Below, in pieces: positions 9,177 through 17,287 of a stretch of DNA of 64,000 bases. Position 1 is the stretch's first letter; each line of letters begins with the position of its first letter. Origin of the DNA: a virus; IMG/VR virus record IMGVR_UViG_3300034524_000090, positions 55,805 to 119,804 of that record. One strand, 5' to 3'. The notes beneath the pieces are model-generated. The model was not told the DNA's origin, did no database searches, and saw only the letters and a program-made list of their open reading frames with translations. A program made the position numbers and the translations under genes.

Positions 9177-11195
9177 TTCCTTAATCCAGACCGTGTTTCC
9201 ATGCCCGATATAGATGTAGACATCGAAGAAACTCGCCGTGGTGAGGTAATACAATATTTATACGACAAATACGGCACTGATAAAGTATGTCACATAGGCA
9301 CTTACGGCACTTTAAGCCTAAAAGCAGTTATTAAAGACGTAGCTAGGGCTTTAGATATTAGTTTTGAAATCGTTAATAATATAACCAAAAATATTCCTGA
9401 TGAAATAGAAAGTATAACAGATATAGAACAAAGTGATCTTATAATTCAGATTGATAACCTTTTAGGTGAAGAAAAGCGTAAACAACTTTTAAGCATTGCC
9501 AAAATCTTATATGATTTAAAACGTCATCCAAGTATTCATGCAGCTGGTGTGGTTCTATCTCCTATTCCACTTGATCAGATTGTGCCTGTACGGATTCAGG
9601 ATGGAGATATTGTTACTCAATGGGAAATGGAAGATATTGAACATATAGGGCTAATTAAGTTTGACTTACTTGGCTTGCGAACTCTTAGCGTTGTAGAAGA
9701 ATGTGTTAAAATGTGTAACATTGATCTTGACCAAATATCTTTTGAAGATGAAAAGGCGTGGGAACTAATTAGAAATGGTAGCACAATAGGATGTTTTCAG
9801 TTTGAGTCGCCTGGGATTAGAAAATTATTGAGGGATATGCAGGCTTCTACGTTTGAGGATTTAGTGGCAATTAATGCTTTATATCGCCCAGGGCCGCTTA
9901 ACGCTAAAGATGAACAAGGCAAAACTATGGTAGAGCATTATGTAGATAGAAAATTAGGTTTTGAACCTGTAGAGTATGATCATCCTTTGTTGGAATCAAT
10001 ATTAAAAAATACGTTCGGCATTATAGTTTACCAGGAACAACTGATGGAAATAGCCAAGGTTTTAGCAGGTTATACAATGTCAGAGGCAGATGAACTCCGC
10101 AAAGGCGTGGCAAAGAAAAAAACCGATATTGTTGTTCATCATCATCAAAAGTTTGTGGAAGGGTGTGTAAAAAATGGTATTAAACAAGACGTAGCTGAAA
10201 ATATTTGGGGGCAGATAGAAACGTTCGCCGAATACGGCTTTAACCGCTCGCACAGTTGTTCGTATTCTTATCTCTCTTATTTTACTGCTTACTTGAAAGC
10301 CAACTATCCTTTACAGTATATGACTTGTGTGCTTAATTCGATTATAGATAAGCAGGATAAGATAGCCTATTATCTGCAAGAATGTTTACGTATGGGATTA
10401 AAAATTTTACCGCCTGATATAAATAAGAGCTATTTTAACTTTAGTTTGGAAGGTGATGCTATTCGTTACGGCTTAGGCGCAATCAAAAAGGTTTCATCGC
10501 AGTTTGTAGACGTATTAGTTAAAGAACGCCAGAAAGACCCTATTAGATCTCTGAAGGATTTAATTATAAGAATTAATCGTTCTGTAATGCGTAAAGATCT
10601 CTTAATCAACCTTATTTTGGCAGGAACTTTAGATAGTATAGAGCCTTATACCAATAAATCTGCTCTATGCCAAACTGTAGAGGATATATATAAGTACTTA
10701 ACAAAATCACAACAAAAATTAAAAAAAGGCAAGATAACTGAAGAACAAATTAAGACATATATAGAAGACTATTCTTTACCTGATAATTTAAAACTATATT
10801 CTAAACAAGAATTAGAGGCTTATGAGAAAGATATTTTGGGTTTTCCTTTGACTAAATATCTAATGTCAACAGAAAAACTTAGAAAAACACAGTCAAAATG
10901 CACTAATTTGATTGCTGATGTTCCTGCTTTGAAAAACGGTAAACAACTTATAGTAACTGGTATTGTAGAAGGTTTAAAAAATTATCCAGTCAAAACTGGT
11001 AAATACAAAAACAAGCCTCTATATACTTTTTTCTTAAATGACTTGGATAGTAGTGTTAAATGTATAGTTTATCCTTCACAAAATATAAAAGTTAATTTCA
11101 AAGAGGGTGATTTAATTGCTGTAAAAGCTCAAAAAACAACAGAAGAAAATGGCAGGCCATTATTGATCATTAAACAATATCGTAAAATTTCTTAG
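9177..11195 (+). CDS. dnaE: DNA polymerase III alpha subunit, exon 2 (spliced product ~1059 aa)
   Basis: FLNPDRVSMPDIDVD, HAAGVV, IKFDLLGLRTL, FQFES, ALYRPGP, VYQEQ, YGFNRSH, C-terminal OB-like region. Confidence 0.92.
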   Translation, partial: FLNPDRVSMPDIDVDIEETRRGEVIQYLYDKYGTDKVCHIGTYGTLSLKAVIKDVARALDISFEIVNNITKNIPDEIESITDIEQSDLIIQIDNLLGEEKRKQLLSIAKILYDLKRHPSIHAAGVVLSPIPLDQIVPVRIQDGDIVTQWEMEDIEHIGLIKFDLLGLRTLSVVEECVKMCNIDLDQISFEDEKAWELIRNGSTIGCFQFESPGIRKLLRDMQASTFEDLVAINALYRPGPLNAKDEQGKTMVEHYVDRKLGFEPVEYDHPLLESILKNTFGIIVYQEQLMEIAKVLAGYTMSEADELRKGVAKKKTDIVVHHHQKFVEGCVKNGIKQDVAENIWGQIETFAEYGFNRSHSCSYSYLSYFTAYLKANYPLQYMTCVLNSIIDKQDKIAYYLQECLRMGLKILPPDINKSYFNFSLEGDAIRYGLGAIKKVSSQFVDVLVKERQKDPIRSLKDLIIRINRSVMRKDLLINLILAGTLDSIEPYTNKSALCQTVEDIYKYLTKSQQKLKKGKITEEQIKTYIEDYSLPDNLKLYSKQELEAYEKDILGFPLTKYLMSTEKLRKTQSKCTNLIADVPALKNGKQLIVTGIVEGLKNYPVKTGKYKNKPLYTFFLNDLDSSVKCIVYPSQNIKVNFKEGDLIAVKAQKTTEENGRPLLIIKQYRKIS

Positions 11196-11205
11196 GGGGG
11201 GTTCG

Positions 11206-12015
11206 ATGTCAGTAATTAAGTTAGGGCTAGATCCTGGTCATGGTGGTAGTGATCTAGGAGCTATAGGCCAGAAAGCTAAAGAAAAGGATGTAGTGCTTAA
11301 AATTGCTTTGAAGGTCAGAGATATTTTATCTCAATATGAAAATGTAGAGATATATATGACCCGTACTACTGATGTTGATGTTTCTCTAGAAGAGAGAGCA
11401 AAATTTGCTAATTCTGTAGGTGCGACAGGTTTTATTTCTATTCACGCTAATGCGGCATCATCGCCTAAAGCTCGTGGTACGGAAGTATGGGTGTGGAAAA
11501 AAGGCTATGAAGCCGAGAAGATGGCTCTTAGTATATTAAGAGCTTTGGCACAGATACCCTATCCTTCTTTGCTTCCAAGATACTGTATAGCAACAGAAGG
11601 AAACCAATTTGAAACTTATCTTTTACAAGATGATGTACTTCAGGCAACAATACCTTTGGCCTATTATGAACTAGATAATAGAGGTGTTAAAGAGGCTAAT
11701 TTCTATGTACTGAAGTATACTACAATGCCTGCTGTTCTGGTAGAAACTGCATTTATTACTAATCCTGAAGAGGAAGATATGTTGATTAATCGTTACGAGG
11801 AATTTGCCCAGGCTATTGCTGACGGTATTGTAAAGTATTATGGTTTAACGCCTAAACCAAAGGAAAAAACCTGGGAGGAAATACAACAGGAAGCTCTTGT
11901 GTGGGCCAAAACTGTAGGTTTATTAAATAGCCCACATGATATAAATGAGTCAATGACGGTAGGATTATGGGCCGTTTTGGAAAAACGCAAAAGAGAGGAT
12001 TTAAAATGGTATTAA
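11206..12015 (+). CDS. N-acetylmuramoyl-L-alanine amidase (Amidase_3)
   Basis: LDPGHGG, EKD, SIHANA, PAVLVETAFITN. Confidence 0.9.
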   Translation: MSVIKLGLDPGHGGSDLGAIGQKAKEKDVVLKIALKVRDILSQYENVEIYMTRTTDVDVSLEERAKFANSVGATGFISIHANAASSPKARGTEVWVWKKGYEAEKMALSILRALAQIPYPSLLPRYCIATEGNQFETYLLQDDVLQATIPLAYYELDNRGVKEANFYVLKYTTMPAVLVETAFITNPEEEDMLINRYEEFAQAIADGIVKYYGLTPKPKEKTWEEIQQEALVWAKTVGLLNSPHDINESMTVGLWAVLEKRKREDLKWY

Positions 12016-12067
12016 AGCCAGAGGGGTTTATCCCCTCTGGTATCTTAAAAGTCATAGGAGGATAATA

Positions 12068-13189
12068 ATGCAGATCGAATATTTGTCTGCTTCCAGACTG
12101 GAGACATATTTGCAATGTCCTAGAAAATACTACTATGTCTATGAAAAAGGCTACGATACCAGCAGTGACAATACTCGTTTCGGTTCTTTAATGCATAGTA
12201 TTTTAGAACATATACTAACAGTTGAGCCTGCGCCAGCAGATCCCCTTGAGTATGCTAAAGAAAAATTTAAAAATAATTGGCCGCAGTACGGCATAATGAC
12301 CGCTGATTATTTTACTACTGGCTATGCTTTATTGGAAAAGTTTTTCTTGGAAAACGATTATCTTGATTGGCGGCAGAGGATTATTGATACTCCCGAAAAA
12401 CAGTTTGAGTTAAAACTAAACGATGAGGCAAAGGTAATTGGTTTTATTGATTTACCAATGCAAAAAGATCCCGAAACGCTATTGATTCTTGATTTCAAAA
12501 CCTCTGTTGTGCCTAAAACCGAAGATGAGGCAAAAGCAGATGTTCAGATGAGTATTTATTATCTTGCTGGCAGGGAGCTTTATCCTCAATATAAAAACAT
12601 TGAGCTTACCCTGTATTATCTTCGTCATGGCCCTGTTACAACTACCAGGCCAGATGATTTTGCTTTAACGTTTAAAGATTATCTGCTGGCAAGATATTAT
12701 CAGATTAAGAACGATACTGAAGCTAGACCTATTCCTTCTGCTCTAGCCTGCGCTTACTGTCCAGGCCGCCATGAATGCGATGCTTTGACCAGTAGCATAC
12801 AAATTCCTTCAACTATAGAAGAAATGGTGGCAACCTATGAAGCCATAAAAGCTCAGATTAATGCTTTAAACAGCCGTAAGGAAGAAATTAGTAAATTAAT
12901 TCAACAACATCTAGATTTTATGGATGTGCATAATCTACAGGTTGAGAATAAACAGGTTAGTTTAGTTACTCCAAGGCAACTAAAGTATGATGTTTACAGT
13001 GTCTATAAGGCTTTGGGTTTAAATGATTTTCTTAAAGTTGTTTCAATCGAAAAAAAGGCACTGGAAAAATTACTTAAAAACGATAATAAACGTTTGGCAA
13101 AAGCACGTGAGGGAGCCAAATACGAATACAGTACACCTTACATTAAAATTAGTAATGTAAAAAACTTTGATGTGGTTAACGACAATTAA
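12068..13189 (+). CDS. PD-(D/E)XK RecB/Cas4-like exonuclease
   Basis: LSASRLETYLQCPRKY, GFIDL, ILDFKT, QMSIY, CAYCPGRHEC Cys cluster. Confidence 0.85.
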   Translation: MQIEYLSASRLETYLQCPRKYYYVYEKGYDTSSDNTRFGSLMHSILEHILTVEPAPADPLEYAKEKFKNNWPQYGIMTADYFTTGYALLEKFFLENDYLDWRQRIIDTPEKQFELKLNDEAKVIGFIDLPMQKDPETLLILDFKTSVVPKTEDEAKADVQMSIYYLAGRELYPQYKNIELTLYYLRHGPVTTTRPDDFALTFKDYLLARYYQIKNDTEARPIPSALACAYCPGRHECDALTSSIQIPSTIEEMVATYEAIKAQINALNSRKEEISKLIQQHLDFMDVHNLQVENKQVSLVTPRQLKYDVYSVYKALGLNDFLKVVSIEKKALEKLLKNDNKRLAKAREGAKYEYSTPYIKISNVKNFDVVNDN

Positions 13190-13790
13190 TCTTGATATTT
13201 TAGAAAAACAAATCGCAAGGCTCCCTCCTGTTGAGCAAGTGCATTTGTCTAACACTAGTGAGGCCAATAAAGAATTGCCTAATTTGCCTTCTTTTAGCTA
13301 TACTTTTGATGAATTATGTAATTTATTACAAACTTTGCCCACTCAGGATGTTTATGGGGCTTATTATTTAAAGAGTGCTGTCGATAATGGCTGTATAGAA
13401 CCTGATCTTTTCCTTAGAGCTAAACGCAATTATCTCTCACTGTTACGTGAGTATCACTTATTCTTACTGTTACGTGATAAGATTAAAATTAAAAAACTTT
13501 ATTTTAATCGCCTGTTGGACGCATTAGGGTATGATTTAGTCATTGAGAGTAGACATAAAAAATACGGGATTAGGAGTTTTGTTGGTACGCCCTTTTCTTA
13601 TCAAAAGTATGGTTTCAAATATGGTGGTAAAAGAGCAAAATTAATTCAATCTTTTTTAGGCATTAGTGAAATTATTGACTTACCTATCACCCGCTCTGAA
13701 GCACGAATTGTTAATGGCTATTGGCTCTATGATGAGCAAGAAGTTTATAATATATTAGCTAGGAGGGGTATTATCAATGGACGACATTAG
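13167..13790 (+). CDS. Possible TaqI-like/PD-(D/E)XK endonuclease
   Basis: RNYLSLLREYH and FNRLLDALGYDLVI resemble restriction-endonuclease-like proteins; recognition from memory only. Confidence 0.35.
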   Translation: MMWLTTINLDILEKQIARLPPVEQVHLSNTSEANKELPNLPSFSYTFDELCNLLQTLPTQDVYGAYYLKSAVDNGCIEPDLFLRAKRNYLSLLREYHLFLLLRDKIKIKKLYFNRLLDALGYDLVIESRHKKYGIRSFVGTPFSYQKYGFKYGGKRAKLIQSFLGISEIIDLPITRSEARIVNGYWLYDEQEVYNILARRGIINGRH

Positions 13791-14343
13791 AAAAAATCTT
13801 GTTGAAACAGATAATGGCAGTTATTTGCCAGTGGTAGAACGCCTAAAACTTTTTTTAAAAATGAACAATAATTTTCAGTATGGTATTACGACAGTTTGTT
13901 TGGCTGAAAACGAGGATTATGTCACTTATAGTGCTTCATTTGTTACTCGTGAAGGTATACATCTTTTTACTATTGAACATTCGGAGCCTGTCAAAAAGAA
14001 TTATGCTAAAACTAAAAACAAAGCACAATTGGGTGCGATTGCCAAGCTTTTAGCTATGGCGGGATTTGGCATTGATTTTGCACCCGAACTAAAAACGGAT
14101 GTTTTGGTAGACAAAAAAGTTGTTGATTTAAAAGACAATACTGAGCCAACGTCCGAAATAAGTAAATTATTAATTAAAAATCTTAATACCATGATTCAGA
14201 CCTTAAATGACCTGTATCCAGATGAGAATTATACTTTGGAAGCAATATCGCAGGAGGTTCTTAATAAAAAGATGCCAGAAAATGAGGCCGAAGCAAAAAA
14301 AATTAAACGATATATTCAGCAGGTTTTAGCATCAGAAAAATAG
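13777..14343 (+). CDS. Possible single-strand annealing protein (Rad52/Sak-like)
   Basis: YLPVVERL start and AIAKLLAMAGFG helix; next to a phage exonuclease. Confidence 0.4.
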   Translation: MDDIRKNLVETDNGSYLPVVERLKLFLKMNNNFQYGITTVCLAENEDYVTYSASFVTREGIHLFTIEHSEPVKKNYAKTKNKAQLGAIAKLLAMAGFGIDFAPELKTDVLVDKKVVDLKDNTEPTSEISKLLIKNLNTMIQTLNDLYPDENYTLEAISQEVLNKKMPENEAEAKKIKRYIQQVLASEK

Positions 14344-14365
14344 CAGAATATGTGAAAAGATTATC

Positions 14366-14394
14366 AATCCCCTCTTTCGAGGGGATTATTTTTT
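14366..14394 (+). terminator. Intrinsic terminator
   Basis: AATCCCCTC-tttc-GAGGGGATT followed by T-tract. Confidence 0.75.
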
Positions 14395-14470
14395 GTGTAG
14401 GAGGTATAAAATCACTTGTAAATGGATATAAATTATGATAAGATAAAGTTACAAAAACTAAACAATTAAA

Positions 14471-14500
14471 AAGGAGGTTAATAAGAAGGAGGTTAATAAG
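14471..14500 (+). repeat. Perfect 15-bp tandem duplication of the RBS
   Basis: AAGGAGGTTAATAAG twice, directly before ATG 14501. Confidence 0.9.
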
Positions 14501-15019
14501 ATGGTAAGAAACTATGATTTTTTGCCCAAAAGGGTTTCCGAAGAGACTTTTTACAAAGTCTTGAACTTTCTTGCCAAATATGTCCAGGCGGCTGGTAAAA
14601 CACGTATTACTCTGTCAATGGATGAGATTGCCGAAGAAACTAAATTGAATCGAGCTACGGTAGTAAAAGCAATTAAAGATTTAACAGAAAATGGAATACT
14701 AACGATCAGAGGAGGTGGCGGTCGTGTTCCCTATGTTTATGACTATAATGGCCCTCCAAGTCAAATAACTTCTGAATTTACACTGGAAGCAAAGCTAAAT
14801 TATGCCAAAAGAATGTTGCGCCTTTACTACAATGCCTTAAATCAATTTTATGATTTTGCTAATAGGATATTTGAAGTCGAAGAAAAAGATGATCACTTTG
14901 TTGTTAAAGTCTATAAAAATGTTTATGGGGGTTTAGGTATAAATTGGGGAGATGCGAATTTATTAAGCGATTTTCAGGCACAATATATGGAACTAGAGGA
15001 AGAATTAAAACAAGATTAA
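14501..15019 (+). CDS. Winged helix-turn-helix DNA-binding protein
   Basis: LSMDEIAEETKLNRATVVKAIKDLTENGIL helix-turn-helix. Confidence 0.75.
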   Translation: MVRNYDFLPKRVSEETFYKVLNFLAKYVQAAGKTRITLSMDEIAEETKLNRATVVKAIKDLTENGILTIRGGGGRVPYVYDYNGPPSQITSEFTLEAKLNYAKRMLRLYYNALNQFYDFANRIFEVEEKDDHFVVKVYKNVYGGLGINWGDANLLSDFQAQYMELEEELKQD

Positions 15020-15180
15020 AGATTTTACAATTAAATAAACGAAAGTTTTCCCCTGGCAAAATGCTTTAGCGGCCAGGGGATTTATTTTTTTACCAGAAAT
15101 TACATGACATACTTCTATTTTGACCCCAATAGTATTTAATAAAAAGTTTAATAAAAAAATGCACCAAAGGAGGCGGTGAG

Positions 15181-16032
15181 ATGCAGTTTATAGGTATCGA
15201 TGTAGGGCGAGACAGCGTTAAAGTAGCATCGGAAAATAAAAACTTTAAATTTAAAAGTAAAGTTAGCGAATGGAGGCCAAGGAGGTTGGTTAATGATGAC
15301 AAATATGAAGTCGAATTAGATGGACAAAAATATTTTATAGCGGATTTGGCTGATGAGGGTTTTTATGAGCGAGAAATGATGTTAGAGAGTAAAATCCATT
15401 TTGAAACTAAACTATTATTTTTAAGTGCTTTAGCTTTAACTGTAAACAATAGCAATGAAAAATATTGTATTGTTACTGGTCTGCCCGTGAAACAGCACGT
15501 AGATAATACAAAAAAAGAATTAAACGACTTACTCAAAGGCAGTTATTCAGTAGTGATTAATAATCAGGCAGTTAATTTAAATTTAGGTGAAGTATGGGTT
15601 GTTCCTGAAGGTGCGGCTTCGGCCTGGGATTTAGTTTTAAACGAGCAAGGCAAACTTCTCCCCTCTCCCCTGTTAGTGGGTAAAGTACGAGTGATCGATA
15701 TTGGTAGTAGGACAATTAATTACTGTACCCTGGAGAAACTGAAGTACATTGACCGTGAAAGCGGCACATTCGACTATGGCTGTGTGGTACTACAAAACGC
15801 TGATATAAATAGTTATGAAGAGTTTGTAAGAAAGTTAATTGGGGATTTGTCAAAAGTATGGCTTACTTTAAAACCCACGGATACTGTAGTTATTACTGGC
15901 GGCGGGAGTGTTTTGTTGCGGGAATACTTAAAACCACATTTTCCAGTTGTTTATTTTGGTGATGAGTTTAGCAACGCTAGAGGATATTATAAAATGGGGC
16001 GATTACGATGGAACAAGGAAAACGGAAAGTAG
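15181..16032 (+). CDS. parM: ParM/StbA-family actin-like ATPase
   Basis: GIDVGRDSVK, VTGLP, VPEGAA, VIDIGSRTIN, ITGGGS, NARGYY actin-fold motifs. Confidence 0.88.
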   Translation: MQFIGIDVGRDSVKVASENKNFKFKSKVSEWRPRRLVNDDKYEVELDGQKYFIADLADEGFYEREMMLESKIHFETKLLFLSALALTVNNSNEKYCIVTGLPVKQHVDNTKKELNDLLKGSYSVVINNQAVNLNLGEVWVVPEGAASAWDLVLNEQGKLLPSPLLVGKVRVIDIGSRTINYCTLEKLKYIDRESGTFDYGCVVLQNADINSYEEFVRKLIGDLSKVWLTLKPTDTVVITGGGSVLLREYLKPHFPVVYFGDEFSNARGYYKMGRLRWNKENGK

Positions 16033-16295
16033 TATGGTTTAATATTGCAACTGAAAAAGATATTTTAAGTCATGCTGAAAATCAAAGTAATTTTTCACGT
16101 TATGTTAAAAAATTAATTAAAGACGATATTACCTTTCAACAGACAGGGGTTGATCCTAAAGTGTTAGAGCATATTGAGATGATTATTGAAAGCCGTTTGG
16201 CAAATATTACAAATACGGTCTTACCTTTGCATGGTTCTTCTGTTAATAAGGAAATAGAACCCAAAATTTCCGACAATATTTGGGGATATTTCTAG
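16008..16295 (+). CDS. ParR-like ribbon-helix-helix adaptor
   Basis: Small ORF overlapping parM stop; VVWFN..NFSRYVKKLIKDDI pattern. Confidence 0.6.
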   Translation: MEQGKRKVVWFNIATEKDILSHAENQSNFSRYVKKLIKDDITFQQTGVDPKVLEHIEMIIESRLANITNTVLPLHGSSVNKEIEPKISDNIWGYF

Positions 16296-16502
16296 CTTGT
16301 CCTCTAAGCGATAAAAATAAAAACCCTCTATGGAGGGTTAATAGAAAGATAGTTAGACTTCTCCCGATACACTTGCTAAAGCAAGTGTATGCGTGAGAAT
16401 CCTAAAATATTCTTCTTGGGCATAAGATTTTTACTAGAATATATTGCCAAAGACCTCCTTGGGTAATTCATGGGAAAATTGGCTTGTTGTTGGCAAAAGT
16501 TA

Positions 16503-16586
16503 TTAGCTCTTTGAAAAGATTAATAAAGCAGTACCAATTAAAACCCAAACAATCGGGTGCAGGAAGATACTGTTAAAATACTTCAC
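16503..16586 (-). CDS. 27-aa hydrophobic peptide MKYFNSIFLHPIVWVLIGTALLIFSKS (not in ORF track)
   Basis: GGAGG RBS before GTG, directly downstream of a sigmaF-consensus promoter. Confidence 0.5.
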   Translation of the reverse strand: MKYFNSIFLHPIVWVLIGTALLIFSKS

Positions 16587-16605
16587 GTTATATCGCCTCC
16601 ATTTG

Positions 16606-16635
16606 TATTGTGGCCGAAATCAATAGTTTTTATAC
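16606..16635 (-). promoter_or_regulatory. sigmaF/sigmaG-type (forespore) promoter
   Basis: Minus strand GTATA-15 nt-GGCCACAATA, full match to GYATA-N15-GGnnAnAHTR. Confidence 0.6.
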
Positions 16636-16667
16636 GTCTAATTAAAAATTTTTCAGGAGGGTTTGAT

Positions 16668-17024
16668 ATGTATTTAATTATCATTGATGCCCGTTCAGAA
16701 GAAAAGAAAAAACGCCACCAGAAAATTTTTGCTCAAATAGGTACAATTGCGGCAGTAACAGCCTGCTGGAGTATAGGTAGTCCTGCTATGGCTTTAGCTT
16801 ACAAGAAAGGCGAAGTGGCCGTTAAAGCTCAACCGATTATTGATCTGTTAAAGGATGTGGCTGAACCTGTTGCGTATGGCTGTTATGTGTATGCCTTTAT
16901 CCGCTATATGTTAGGACAGGAAGCGGAAGCAAAAAGGATGTTAAGAGGTACTACCTGGGCACTTTTGGGTATTAATCTTCTTCCCTGGTTGTTCAACATA
17001 ATTAAAAGCATAGGTGATCAGTAA
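16668..17024 (+). CDS. Pilin-like (TrbC/VirB2-like) membrane protein
   Basis: AGGAGG RBS before ATG 16668; leader ending AMALA, then two hydrophobic segments separated by EAEAKRML. Confidence 0.5.
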   Translation: MYLIIIDARSEEKKKRHQKIFAQIGTIAAVTACWSIGSPAMALAYKKGEVAVKAQPIIDLLKDVAEPVAYGCYVYAFIRYMLGQEAEAKRMLRGTTWALLGINLLPWLFNIIKSIGDQ

Positions 17025-17275
17025 TGAGTATCTTAAAATTATGGCATATTCTAACTACTCCTGGTACTGAATTATTGGAAGAGGTCGTGGGTAGCGGCAA
17101 AGAAGCGGCATGGCAAAAATTATTAATCTTTTTATCCGAATATCTAGACCCTGTAGCAACAATTATTGCTCTAGTTTGTTTACTTTTGATTATGCTAGGT
17201 TCTCGCACAGCAGGTAAAATCTTGTATTGGGATATAGCCCTATTTATCCTGCTTAAACTTTTAATAATAGTGTAA
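17024..17275 (+). CDS. Small two-TM membrane protein
   Basis: Translationally coupled; two hydrophobic helices. Confidence 0.7.
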   Translation: MSILKLWHILTTPGTELLEEVVGSGKEAAWQKLLIFLSEYLDPVATIIALVCLLLIMLGSRTAGKILYWDIALFILLKLLIIV

Positions 17276-17287
17276 GGAGGAGATAAA

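Noticed and set aside
6987-11195. dnaE as pseudogene, frameshift or split intein
   Set aside because: No intein termini; group I intron features restore the frame exactly; ORF-track ends 8168 and 9117 include intron sequence
12068-13189. Cas4 as part of a CRISPR-Cas system
   Set aside because: No cas1/cas2 or array; context is phage recombination
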